Part shown: one piece after another, positions 1 to 9,173 of the stretch
Numbering within the stretch: the stretch's first letter is position 1
How the letters are laid out: each line of letters starts with the position of its first letter
Assembly: GCA_965248265.1 (NCBI GenBank)
Contig: CBDFJF010000001.1
Coordinates: 2,656,001-2,720,000, forward strand
Direction: 5' to 3'
DNA: 64,000 nucleotides
Source of the DNA: Candidatus Latescibacterota bacterium
GTDB taxonomy: Bacteria > Latescibacterota > UBA2968 > UBA8231
Notes under the pieces: model-generated
What the model was told of the DNA's origin: nothing
Seen by the model: only the letters and a program-made list of their open reading frames with translations
Databases searched by the model: none
Made by a program: the position numbers and the translations under genes

Positions 1-2
1 AC

Positions 3-1382
3 CTTGGTCTGTGGTCAGCCCTGATTCAGCATCGCAACGTCACCGACCTTCATTTCAGCACGGCCTTTTGGACCTGCTTGTGCTCCGGCGTCGTCATGGC
101 TGCGCTGACGACCCGGTTCGGACCACAGGCGATTGAATTCATCAGACTTGGCATCGGAAATCTGCTGTCGGTTGTCGGGATGGGTGGATGCGCGGATCCG
201 GCGGCACATGCAGGCCCCAGCGAACACGCTCCGATCCTGGCAACCATGAGTCTGCTGCTGCCATGTGCCGCCGTCTCGGGTTTGTTCCGGGCGCGCCTGC
301 AGAGGGACCTGCGCTTCAAGAAGATCGCCTTTGCCGAGGTTGGCTCTGTCCTCGTGTACTCCGCCTTTACGCTGGCGATGTTGGAGTCGTTGGAGATCAT
401 GAGTCTGGTCATCGGCGCCGTCGTTCGTGAGGCCGCACTACTGGTAGGCCTGGCGATCACCGCTCGTTGGTTGCCACAACTGACTTTCAGTGGTACAGCG
501 CTGAGACAGATCTTGAGCTTTGGGCTCAACTTCACCGGCTCGAGAGCCGTCAACTACGCCAACAGCGCCTTGCCGGCGTTGGTCGTGTTCTCGGCTCTGG
601 GGAAGGAGGCACTGGGGTACTACAGTTTCGCAGTGGCCCTGACGCTCATGCCGTTGACGCGAATCTCCACAATTCTGACCAGAGTCTTTTTTCCAGCATT
701 CTCAACCGTTCAGGAAGACGACGCCATGTTGCGGCGAGGCTATCTGAAAACCGCGCAGTCGATCGCCTTGTTCTATTGGCCCGCACTGGTAGCCATCTTC
801 GTCTTCGCGCCCGACGGTATCGAACTCATGCGGGGAGCAGAGGACCATGATTACTCTCCGGCCTTGCTGCCTCTGCGTTTGCTCATAGTCGCAACGATGC
901 TGAAGGCAGTGGGGACAGGAGTCGGCTCCATGTTCCTGGCCAAGGGCAAGGCCAACTGGACCCTCTACTGGTCTCTTTTCAGCATGGGATTGTTGCTACC
1001 CCTGCTATTGTGGAGTGTTGAGGACGGACTGACCGGCGTCGGCATAGTGATGGCGGCAACCTCTTCCATTTTCCTGGTGCTATCACAGTTGTTGACCAAT
1101 CGTCTGATAGTCCTGCGCCTCACAGAGTACCTTGGCGCTTTGAGCCGACCCGCGCTGGTGACCGGATTCGTCCTGCTGTCAGCGACCCTCCTGCGCCCCT
1201 ACCTGCCGGGAGATGCTCTCGCTGTCTGCCTCCAGGCAGCAATCGTATCTGGGTTATTGGGCGGCCTGGCGCTGCGTCTGTTTGCTTGGGACATGTGTCG
1301 GAATCTGTGGCGCAATCTGCGCGGTCAGACAGATTCCGTGAGCATTGAGGGCGTAACCTCGCCAGACGACGTCATCCGCTGA
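3..1382 (+). CDS. Polysaccharide flippase (WzxC/MOP-type LPS biosynthesis protein), 5'-truncated by window
   Basis: Frame is open from the window edge (LGLWSALIQHRN..TAFW); multi-TM; motifs 'ARLQRDLRFKKIA', 'LGYYSFA', 'RVFFPAFSTVQ' typical of WzxC. Confidence 0.85.
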   Translation, partial: LGLWSALIQHRNVTDLHFSTAFWTCLCSGVVMAALTTRFGPQAIEFIRLGIGNLLSVVGMGGCADPAAHAGPSEHAPILATMSLLLPCAAVSGLFRARLQRDLRFKKIAFAEVGSVLVYSAFTLAMLESLEIMSLVIGAVVREAALLVGLAITARWLPQLTFSGTALRQILSFGLNFTGSRAVNYANSALPALVVFSALGKEALGYYSFAVALTLMPLTRISTILTRVFFPAFSTVQEDDAMLRRGYLKTAQSIALFYWPALVAIFVFAPDGIELMRGAEDHDYSPALLPLRLLIVATMLKAVGTGVGSMFLAKGKANWTLYWSLFSMGLLLPLLLWSVEDGLTGVGIVMAATSSIFLVLSQLLTNRLIVLRLTEYLGALSRPALVTGFVLLSATLLRPYLPGDALAVCLQAAIVSGLLGGLALRLFAWDMCRNLWRNLRGQTDSVSIEGVTSPDDVIR

Positions 1383-1399
1383 AAACCAGCTTTCCCCTT

Positions 1400-1428
1400 T
1401 TGCGCCTGCCTTGTGCGGGAAGTATGTT
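1400..1428 (+). promoter_or_regulatory. Putative sigma70 promoter for pdxS
   Basis: TTGCGC-N17-TATGTT about 60 bp upstream of the ATG. Confidence 0.35.
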
Positions 1429-1489
1429 CTACCGCGAAATCGAACTTGGGTTTCGACTGAGCCTGCAAACGCCTGTACCGAGGAGTTAG

Positions 1490-2401
1490 ATGATGGGTAG
1501 CAAAGGAAACGGCCAGCCCGCTGAGACCGGGACGTTGCGTCTGAAGACCGGCCTGGCCGAGATGCTCAAGGGTGGCGTCATCATGGATGTCACGAATGCC
1601 GACCAGGCCAAGATCGCCGAGGATGCCGGCGCGTGCTCCGTCATGGCTCTCGAGCGCGTTCCCTCCGACATACGCAAAGAGGGCGGCGTCGCACGCATGG
1701 CCAGCATCAGCAAGATCCGCGAAATCATGGAAGTCGTGACGATTCCGGTCATGGCCAAGGTCCGGATCGGGCACATCGCCGAAGCGCAGATCCTTCAGGC
1801 ATTGGGCGTCGACTACGTCGACGAGAGCGAGGTGCTGACTCCCGCGGATGAGCACCACCACCTGGACAAGTTTGGCTTCGACGTTCCGTTCGTCTGTGGT
1901 TGCCGCAACCTGGGCGAGGCCCTGCGCCGTATCGGCGAAGGTGCGGCGATGATTCGCACCAAAGGCGAGGCCGGCTCCGGCAACATCGTCGAGGCCGTCC
2001 GCCACATGCGCACGGTCATCAGCGAGATGCGCCGTTTGACGACGATGGGCTCCGAAGAGTTAATGAACGCTGCCAAGGAGCTGGGTGCTCCCTATGAGCT
2101 GGTCAGAATGGTGGCAGCATCCGGCGAATTGCCGGTTCCCAACTTCGCGGCCGGCGGCGTTTCCACTCCGGCGGATGCCTCCCTGATGATGCAGCTGGGC
2201 GCCCAGGCCATCTTTGTCGGGTCTGGCGTCTTCAAGTCGAGTGATCCGCCCAAGCGCGCCCGCGCCATCGTCGAGGCCACGACACATTACATGGATGCTG
2301 ACGTACTCGTGCGTGTCTCCGAGGAGTTGGGCGAGGCCATGCCGGGCATTGAGATGAGCACTTTGGGAGAAGACCAGTTGCTGCAGACGCGGGGTTGGTA
2401 A
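1490..2401 (+). CDS. pdxS: Pyridoxal 5'-phosphate synthase lyase subunit
   Basis: '[10 protein letters not shown]', 'MALERVP', '[10 protein letters not shown]', 'NFAAGG' and C-terminal 'RGW'. Confidence 0.98.
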   Translation: MMGSKGNGQPAETGTLRLKTGLAEMLKGGVIMDVTNADQAKIAEDAGACSVMALERVPSDIRKEGGVARMASISKIREIMEVVTIPVMAKVRIGHIAEAQILQALGVDYVDESEVLTPADEHHHLDKFGFDVPFVCGCRNLGEALRRIGEGAAMIRTKGEAGSGNIVEAVRHMRTVISEMRRLTTMGSEELMNAAKELGAPYELVRMVAASGELPVPNFAAGGVSTPADASLMMQLGAQAIFVGSGVFKSSDPPKRARAIVEATTHYMDADVLVRVSEELGEAMPGIEMSTLGEDQLLQTRGW

Positions 2402-2461
2402 CTCCACAGCACTGCTGACTGGCAACAGCTGTTACGGGCGGCCCGCTGAGGCGATCCGCCG

Positions 2462-2504
2462 AGGCGATCCGCATCGCACGATGATGGGGATCGCCTTTTT
2501 CTTT
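2462..2504 (+). terminator. Intrinsic terminator-like hairpin between pdxS and pdxT
   Basis: AGGCGATCC...GGATCGCCT stem followed by TTTTCTTT. Confidence 0.55.
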
Positions 2505-2515
2505 GCGAGAGGATC

Positions 2516-3124
2516 ATGATAGGAATCCTGGGCCTGCAGGGTGATTTCGCCGCACATGGTGATACCCTCGACCTGCTGGGTGTGGACCATCGGGTCGTCA
2601 AGAAGCCAGATGAACTCGACGCTGTCCACGGCTTGATCATTCCAGGCGGCGAAAGCACGACGCTCATCAAGCTGATGGAGAGCTACGACTATTGGGGTGC
2701 GCTCGAAGCCTTCGTGAAATCGGGGAAGCCGGTCATGGGAACCTGCGCTGGATTGATCCTGCTCGCCCGCGAGGTCCTCAATCCTCCTCAGGCATCACTG
2801 GGCTGCATCGACATCACGGTCGAGCGCAACAGCTACGGTCGCCAGCGCGAGAGCTTCGAGGCGATGGGGCAGTTCGATCCTGAGGGAATCAGCCTTGATT
2901 CCGGGGAAGCGGGCGGACGTCCTGTCCACGGCGGACATCCTGTCCACATGGTGTTCATTCGTGCGCCACGCATCCTGCGCCTGGGACCCAGGGTCACTCC
3001 GTTGGCCACCTGCGGTGACGACTGCGTCATGGCGCGGGAGGACAATGTCGTGGTGGCTTCATTCCATCCCGAATTGTCGGAAGATGACAGCGTGCACGCT
3101 TATTTCGCCCGTCTTGTTAAGTAA
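2516..3124 (+). CDS. pdxT: Pyridoxal 5'-phosphate synthase glutaminase subunit
   Basis: 'LQGDF', 'PGGESTT', 'GTCAG', 'RNSYGRQ', 'FHPEL'; adjacent to pdxS. Confidence 0.97.
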   Translation: MIGILGLQGDFAAHGDTLDLLGVDHRVVKKPDELDAVHGLIIPGGESTTLIKLMESYDYWGALEAFVKSGKPVMGTCAGLILLAREVLNPPQASLGCIDITVERNSYGRQRESFEAMGQFDPEGISLDSGEAGGRPVHGGHPVHMVFIRAPRILRLGPRVTPLATCGDDCVMAREDNVVVASFHPELSEDDSVHAYFARLVK

Positions 3125-3149
3125 GTCGTCGCCTCAGCCGGAGATCAGG

Positions 3150-3743
3150 TCAGAAGTTGTACTGCAGTCGTGCCGTAAAGCGGTTGATGCTGATGTTGTC
3201 GTCTGAGAAGATGAAGTCGTGCTGGTAGCGCAATCCCACCTGAAAACTCTCATTCAAGACGAGTTCGGCGCCCACTGCCGGCGCGATGCCGAACTTGCTG
3301 GAACCACCGTCAGGTGAGTAGATCTCGGCATCGAGGCCGAACAGGTAATTGAACGGGGCCCTGTTCATCGATTGCCGCATGCCCATACTGAACAGGTCGG
3401 CTGACGAATCGCCGGAGATGTGGCCGTAGCCCATTTGGAAGGCCAGATATTCCTCGATCAGATAGCCGGCGTTGACCCCACCCATGAGATCGGTCCGCGA
3501 CACCTTGTCGAGAGAGTTGTCCGGTTCGATATCGATGGTCGCCGCTCCGAAATAACCCTCAAGATAGTACTTCCCGAAGGTTTGCAGCAGCCGGTACCCA
3601 CCCTTGCCGTATTCACTGTTCTCCGCCCCGTCGGTGCGCCCCGGTTCCACATCGGCCAGCGCCGACGATGACATCATGGCCATGAGCAACAACAGCGTGA
3701 ACGGTAGCAACGACAATCGTAGCAACCCCCTGCACCGGTTCAT
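3150..3743 (-). CDS. Outer-membrane beta-barrel (OmpA/porin-like) protein
   Basis: Signal peptide, alternating beta-strand pattern, C-terminal 'LQYNF' BAM-type signal. Confidence 0.7.
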   Translation of the reverse strand: MNRCRGLLRLSLLPFTLLLLMAMMSSSALADVEPGRTDGAENSEYGKGGYRLLQTFGKYYLEGYFGAATIDIEPDNSLDKVSRTDLMGGVNAGYLIEEYLAFQMGYGHISGDSSADLFSMGMRQSMNRAPFNYLFGLDAEIYSPDGGSSKFGIAPAVGAELVLNESFQVGLRYQHDFIFSDDNISINRFTARLQYNF

Positions 3744-3780
3744 GATACCGATTCCCTTCTGAGCAACCGCTCGCCTGAGA

Positions 3781-4404
3781 TCAAAAGCCGATACTCTTCT
3801 TCTGGAATTTCTTGACGATTTCTTTGTGGCCCGTCCACAGGATTTCCGTGGTCTTGATGTCCGTCAACTCGAAGGTCGCCTTGTAGTAGACGGCCTTCTG
3901 TTTGCCGACCTGCTGCACGATCGACGTGATCACACCGCCCAGGAAAAACTCGGCGGCTTTCTGTTCCCCGGGTCCCTGCGCCTCGGCCGAATCGACGTAC
4001 CCCGACCCCTGGTACTCATACTCCTCGGCGATCTCTTGCCGCGCCGCCTTGTCGAGAAAGGAGAAGCGTCCACTGTTGATCAATGCAGTTTTGACATGGT
4101 CGTAGAGCGCACTCATGTCGATGTGCTCGGAGGTCCGGTTCTTCGGCTGCTCGAGTATGACCACGGGCTTGCCCGGTATCCCTGCTGTGCCGACCCAGGC
4201 CTCCATCGAATTGATGACCGTCTTGGCCACCAACTGCATGTCGTTCTGGTTCCACTTGTCATCCAGCATGGCGATCTCTTCGGGATCGGCGTATTGCCCC
4301 TGAGTAAACGCCTGCGGACCTGCGCAACCCGATACCGCTATCGTTGAGACCACGACAGCCAGAATCAGCAGCCGCGCCTTGTTGTCGATCTGCACCGTCC
4401 TCAT
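3781..4404 (-). CDS. lpoB: LpoB-family (COG3417) lipoprotein, penicillin-binding protein activator-like
   Basis: Lipobox 'VSGC'; 'NRTSEHID', 'ALINSGRF', 'LTDIKTTEILW..HKEIVK'. Confidence 0.8.
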   Translation of the reverse strand: MRTVQIDNKARLLILAVVVSTIAVSGCAGPQAFTQGQYADPEEIAMLDDKWNQNDMQLVAKTVINSMEAWVGTAGIPGKPVVILEQPKNRTSEHIDMSALYDHVKTALINSGRFSFLDKAARQEIAEEYEYQGSGYVDSAEAQGPGEQKAAEFFLGGVITSIVQQVGKQKAVYYKATFELTDIKTTEILWTGHKEIVKKFQKKSIGF

Positions 4405-4426
4405 GTCACGGACTCCCTGTTCATTG

Positions 4427-5305
4427 TCAATCCCATTCGCATTCGAAGTGCGTTCGTACCAAATGCCAGCGATCGGCCAACATCGTATCCTGGCGGTGCA
4501 ACGCCTGCAAGGTGCAGGATTGCTGCAGGGAGCTCGACGGGTAGTTGAATGCGAACTCCATGGCCGCCTCGCGGTCGGCCTTTGGTATGTCAGCGGAGGT
4601 GTAAATATCAGGCTTGGTGGAGGTAAAAACCAACGCCTGCTTCTGCCCGTGCGTTTTGAGCGGAACGCTCGAGGTGAACAGAATGCGGCGTACCTTCTTC
4701 GGCAGCAGAAGATCGGTGTTGTCGATGAGGGTGTCGCGCTGCCACTGCCGGCCCAGAATGGATTGCAGATTGCCGACGAAAACGCGCTCGCGTTCGCCGT
4801 CGGGAATGATCAGATAGAGATACCCCTTACGCGCTTGGGACGAGACCTCCGCCATTCCCCCCTTGCCCTCGAAATCCAGCGAAATCGTCAGATCGATGGA
4901 GCGATTGGGGCGTAGTGCGTGCAGGGATACGGCCGCGATCACCCCTTCCGACACGCCCGCTTTCTTGAGGCCTACCAGGGCGTCAACGGAGGCGTCGCAT
5001 GCGCAGCGGCGTTGCTCCAGCATCGCTGTGATGGCAGCCTCGCTGAATTTGCTCACACTCAACTTGCGCACATCGTCCAGGGTCATCGGCAGCTGATCGG
5101 AACGCTCATACACGGCCGGCAACGTCCCGCCGTCCCACTCGACGATGTTGTGCACCAAACCGCGCTCGAGTATGGAACCTGCTGGTCCACCAAGACCGGC
5201 TTTAGCAGGGCTTTGTTGACCCTGTGCCGCCACCACGGCTCCGAACCAGAGCACCGTTACCGCCACAGTCATCATGGCTGACTTGCACCGTCTTGAACGC
5301 ATCAT
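4427..5305 (-). CDS. Secreted hypothetical protein
   Basis: ATG at 5305 after a purine-rich RBS-like sequence; signal peptide; 'LTLDDV..L/LVGLKKAGVSEGVIAA' helical repeat; co-oriented in operon. Confidence 0.65.
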   Translation of the reverse strand: MMRSRRCKSAMMTVAVTVLWFGAVVAAQGQQSPAKAGLGGPAGSILERGLVHNIVEWDGGTLPAVYERSDQLPMTLDDVRKLSVSKFSEAAITAMLEQRRCACDASVDALVGLKKAGVSEGVIAAVSLHALRPNRSIDLTISLDFEGKGGMAEVSSQARKGYLYLIIPDGERERVFVGNLQSILGRQWQRDTLIDNTDLLLPKKVRRILFTSSVPLKTHGQKQALVFTSTKPDIYTSADIPKADREAAMEFAFNYPSSSLQQSCTLQALHRQDTMLADRWHLVRTHFECEWD

Positions 5306-5330
5306 CCGTTCACCTTTTCCCGATAGCCCT

Positions 5331-6710
5331 TTACTTGAAACTCCGGTAACTGATGACGACTGGCCGGTCGGTTTGTGCAGGAATTCCCACCAGCGAACCC
5401 GACTCAACCACTTTTCCGTTCCCATTTAACAACTCCACAACAAGGTCATCCGTTCCCGCAAATTGACTGACTCTGGCCATGTAAATCTTCGATGGCAGGG
5501 ACAGCCAGCTGCGGGTGTCAGCGGCTTCCGTGGATACCCCGAACATGTTTACGAGGAATCCCAGGAACTCATTCTTGTCCTCGGCCTTCTCCGTGGCCAC
5601 GTACTTCACCAGGGCACGGGCCACCGTCCGGGCCAGGATTGCGCCCTCCTTCTCACTGAAGCTCTTCATGGCGATGGCGTCAAGGTCTTCCATCAGGACA
5701 CCAGGAAAGACTTCTCCCCCTTCACCGCGGCGGACCCGCACCTTGCGCACCGATGAGGAGCGCTCGCGGTACTCAGGCAGCGCCACCTTGAGCCAGTAGT
5801 CGACTTTGGCATAGCGACGGCGCGGGTAGTGATAGCGTCCGGCGGCACGACGCGAAAGGGTCCGGCTGTCCACACTTCGATCGCTCTCTAGGATGGGCAG
5901 GTCGATTATGTGTTGACGCTTTTCCGCTATCAATCCGGTTTCGATGAAGACGACGGCCGTGCCGGCCAGAGATGGTACCTGGCTCACGTCGGCGGAGTGA
6001 GTTTGGGGGTAAATCTGGTGATAACGCTGGACGTCATCGTCGAAACCTAGAGCTCCGGCCGCCCGAATGAGATCACCCCCCAATACCTCCGGGACACGTG
6101 TGCCCAAATCCGCCGAGTACGCCCGGTACCCCCTTTCCGCATCTTTGTAGGAAACGTAGGCATCATTCCATTCGCCGGCAGCCTCGAAAAACAGACCGGT
6201 CATGTATTGGACGAAGGCATCGTTCTTGTAGCTCAATTCGTACTCGGCCTGGGCAGCGAAATCGGCCAGACGCAGATTGGCCTTACGGCATTCGACCATG
6301 GCGTCTTCGAACTCGCCCAGATAATTGTAATTGAGAGCTCGGTAGTAGTGGATGAGGACCCGTTCGAATTCCTCTCCCGTGTACGGCACGATGGCATCGT
6401 TCGTGAACAGGGAAGCTACCCCACGTGAGAGCGAGCGTGTGTAGAGCCTGTCGATCAACTGCTCTGCCGCCTCGAACTCCCGATTTGACGATTGGTACTC
6501 CCCCTGGTAGTGGAAGATCAACCCGCGCTCGAGATAATAGAGCAACCTGTTGGTCTTCCCGGACGGCTTCTCGAGTTTGGCCAGGGCCCCGTCGTAGTCC
6601 TCGTTCTTGAGGCGCGACAGCGAGTCCCTCATCATCACGGAATAGGCCGCTGCGCAGCCCATCAGCAACAGGGCTGCCAGGATTCCCAGGCTGAGGAAGA
6701 CCACGCGCAC
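5331..6710 (-). CDS. COG3014-family TPR-like lipoprotein
   Basis: GTG start at 6710; lipobox 'LMGC'; 'LLYYLERG', 'YTGEEFER', 'DAMVECRK', 'EAADTRSWLSLP'. Confidence 0.8.
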   Translation of the reverse strand: MRVVFLSLGILAALLLMGCAAAYSVMMRDSLSRLKNEDYDGALAKLEKPSGKTNRLLYYLERGLIFHYQGEYQSSNREFEAAEQLIDRLYTRSLSRGVASLFTNDAIVPYTGEEFERVLIHYYRALNYNYLGEFEDAMVECRKANLRLADFAAQAEYELSYKNDAFVQYMTGLFFEAAGEWNDAYVSYKDAERGYRAYSADLGTRVPEVLGGDLIRAAGALGFDDDVQRYHQIYPQTHSADVSQVPSLAGTAVVFIETGLIAEKRQHIIDLPILESDRSVDSRTLSRRAAGRYHYPRRRYAKVDYWLKVALPEYRERSSSVRKVRVRRGEGGEVFPGVLMEDLDAIAMKSFSEKEGAILARTVARALVKYVATEKAEDKNEFLGFLVNMFGVSTEAADTRSWLSLPSKIYMARVSQFAGTDDLVVELLNGNGKVVESGSLVGIPAQTDRPVVISYRSFK

Positions 6711-6892
6711 GGAGGCCTTCCCTGTCGATGATCGTCGCTTCGATGATAGTGTCTTGTTCACGGGTTTGACTGCTGGCGGCTTCAGCTGTGACAGTGCAGA
6801 TCCACTCCCGCGTAGTGGATGCTCTGGCCAACTGGTTGTTCCCGCATGCCAGGTATACTTGAAGAACTCCGGGCAGCCTCCAGGCCATCCAC

Positions 6893-7261
6893 CTACACAG
6901 CCTCCACCGTGACCTCGTCGCCACTGTGGATGGTGGCCAGAATCCTGGGATCGCCTTCGATGGCGCCGAGGATGTTGACATCCGTGACCAGCCGGCACTC
7001 CTCTCCCTGGGAGGCTGGCGTCGGTCCGTAGGGTAGAGCTAGGGACTTGCCTTCCACCCACAGACAAACGGTACCGGCATCGACGACGGCGCGGGCGTCG
7101 TCTTCGAGTTCGACGTCGATGCCGACGTCGAAATACACCTCGTCTCCCCAGGTATTTGCCGTTGAGGTGATCGGCAGCGCCTCCATGAGCGCCTTTGCCG
7201 AAGCTGTCTGCTCGAGATACGCCGTCGTCTCACCTGCCGGCCAGGTAATGTGGATGTGCAT
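6893..7261 (-). CDS. Cyclophilin-like fold protein (DUF369/TM1367-like)
   Basis: ATG at 7261 with AAGGAGG RBS; 'ALPI.STANTWGDEVYF', 'YGPTPAS', 'VNILG'. Confidence 0.85.
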   Translation of the reverse strand: MHIHITWPAGETTAYLEQTASAKALMEALPITSTANTWGDEVYFDVGIDVELEDDARAVVDAGTVCLWVEGKSLALPYGPTPASQGEECRLVTDVNILGAIEGDPRILATIHSGDEVTVEAV

Positions 7262-7332
7262 GGAAACTCCCTCCTTTGCGTCGCTCCTATCCCTGTCTCG
7301 GTTGAGGGAAGATAGAGCCATAGGTACTCTTG

Positions 7333-7424
7333 TGCCCATCGGGCACGGTACAGAATGTTGCCCATCGGGCACGGTACGAAATGTCGCTCATCGGGCACGG
7401 TACCAGATGTTGCCCATGGGCACA
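7333..7424. repeat. 26-bp tandem repeat x3.5 with internal palindrome
   Basis: Units at 7333, 7359, 7385 and 7411 (partial); consensus TGCCCATCGGGCACGGTACnnnATGT. Confidence 0.9.
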
Positions 7425-7489
7425 ACCCTGATCCGTGCTGACGATCACTGGCGTGCTCTTTCATCCCAACAATCAACAGGTGAACTCTT

Positions 7490-8587
7490 TTGTCACAATC
7501 AGGTCTCCCGCTCAACGCCGTCGTCGTCGGCTACGGGTACGCCGGCCGCTGTTTCCACGCTTATCTGATCCGCATCACCCCCGGGTTGCACCTTCATGGC
7601 ATTGTCTCAGGTCGACCCGAGGTGCGCGCCCAGATCGCAGCGGACCTGCAGATCCGGACTTACGCTGAACTGAACGAGGCGTTGATGGATCCCGACGTCG
7701 ACCTGATCGTGCTGGCGACACCGAACCACCTGCACGAGTCACAGGCAGTCGCGGCGCTGAACGCCGGCAAGCATGTCGTCACCGACAAGCCGATGTGCCT
7801 GAGTGTCGCCGAAGCCGATCGCATGATCATGACGGCCGACAAAGCCGGCCGCTTGCTCAGTGTCTTCCAGAATAGACGCTGGGACGGCGACTACCTCACC
7901 GTACGGAATCTTCTTCGGCGCGGCACGGTCGGTACTCCCTACTTCATCGAAATGGCATGGGAGAAATTCTCACCGCCACGCACCTGGCGAGGGTCGCGGG
8001 TCGCCGGAGGTGGTATTTTCGTCGATCTGGGCTCTCACATGATCGATCAGGCACTGCTTCTGGCTGCGCCAGCGACTCTGAAAGCGGTTTACGCACGCTT
8101 CTTCGACAATGGCTGGGACACGAACGTCGAGGACTTCGCGCAATGCATGCTCAGCTTCGCGAGCGGCCTGGAGGTTCAGATCACGGCCTCGGCGCGATCG
8201 CGGGCAGTCAAACCCAGGTGGTACGCGCTGGGAACGGAAGGCGGACTGCTCAAGCACGGACTCGATCCTCAAGAGAAGGCCATGGTCGCCGGTGACATCG
8301 ACGCCGCCTACGAAGACGACGTGGCCCATCATGTGCGTGTTTGGAACGTGCAGACCGATGCGACCATGGCAGCAACACCAGAAAGACGACCGGAAGCAAC
8401 CGTATCCGAGCGTATCGTCCCGCCTCGAGCAGGCCGCTGGCGTTGCTACTACGAGAACGTCGTCGACGCCATCAACGCAAACGTCGAACTCATCGTCACA
8501 CCCCAGCAGATCCGCAGCGTCGTCAGCGTTGTGGAGGCCGTTTTCGAATCGGCGCGTACCGGTGCGGCCGTCAGCATGGAGGCCTGA
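7490..8587 (+). CDS. Gfo/Idh/MocA oxidoreductase (YdgJ/IolW-like)
   Basis: 'VVGYG..G..FH', 'ATPNHLH', 'GKHVVTDKP', 'VFQNRRWDGDY', 'DLGSHMIDQ'. Confidence 0.9.
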   Translation: MSQSGLPLNAVVVGYGYAGRCFHAYLIRITPGLHLHGIVSGRPEVRAQIAADLQIRTYAELNEALMDPDVDLIVLATPNHLHESQAVAALNAGKHVVTDKPMCLSVAEADRMIMTADKAGRLLSVFQNRRWDGDYLTVRNLLRRGTVGTPYFIEMAWEKFSPPRTWRGSRVAGGGIFVDLGSHMIDQALLLAAPATLKAVYARFFDNGWDTNVEDFAQCMLSFASGLEVQITASARSRAVKPRWYALGTEGGLLKHGLDPQEKAMVAGDIDAAYEDDVAHHVRVWNVQTDATMAATPERRPEATVSERIVPPRAGRWRCYYENVVDAINANVELIVTPQQIRSVVSVVEAVFESARTGAAVSMEA

Positions 8588-9162
8588 TGCCAGCGAAAGA
8601 TAGAGGGGACGCAGGCGACGATTGGGGCGAGGAAACGCGCTTCGAGATTCGCAATCAGGACACCCACATGCCGCTTGAGCAGTACCAGCGCCTGCCCAAG
8701 TTCCCCGTCCACATCGTCCTCGACAACCTGCGCAGTGCCTTCAACGTCGGCTCCGTGTTCCGCCTGGCGGACACGGCCCGTGTCGAGTCGATCATCACTT
8801 GTGGCTACACGGCGCACCCTCCACATCCCCGCCTTGAGAAAACGGCCTTGGGGTCGGTCGAATACGTGCCGCACGCACATTTCGAGTCGACGGCTGAAGC
8901 ACTGGCCTGGCTTCGTCAACGAGAGATTCCAGTGTGGGCCCTGGAGACGACATCGCATAGCCAGCGCTACACGGATGTCTCCTTTCCCAAGCCGGTGGCC
9001 CTGCTGTTTGGCAATGAAGCCCTCGGCATTGACCCCGAGGCGTTGAAGACCTGCGATCAGATGGTCGAAATCCCTGTTTTTGGTTTCAAGAACTCACTCA
9101 ACGTGGCATGCGCGTGCGCGGTGACTGTGTTCGAAGTACTGCGGCAGTGGCGTGCGGACTAG
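8587..9162 (+). CDS. TrmH/SpoU family RNA methyltransferase
   Basis: ATG overlaps the upstream TGA; 'LDNLRSAFNVGS', 'FGNEALG', 'KNSLNVA'. Confidence 0.92.
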   Translation: MPAKDRGDAGDDWGEETRFEIRNQDTHMPLEQYQRLPKFPVHIVLDNLRSAFNVGSVFRLADTARVESIITCGYTAHPPHPRLEKTALGSVEYVPHAHFESTAEALAWLRQREIPVWALETTSHSQRYTDVSFPKPVALLFGNEALGIDPEALKTCDQMVEIPVFGFKNSLNVACACAVTVFEVLRQWRAD

Positions 9163-9173
9163 GTGAGGTTCGC

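Noticed and set aside
7333-7424. Possible mini-CRISPR array
   Set aside because: Units abut with only about 3 variable nt; no unique spacers and no cas genes
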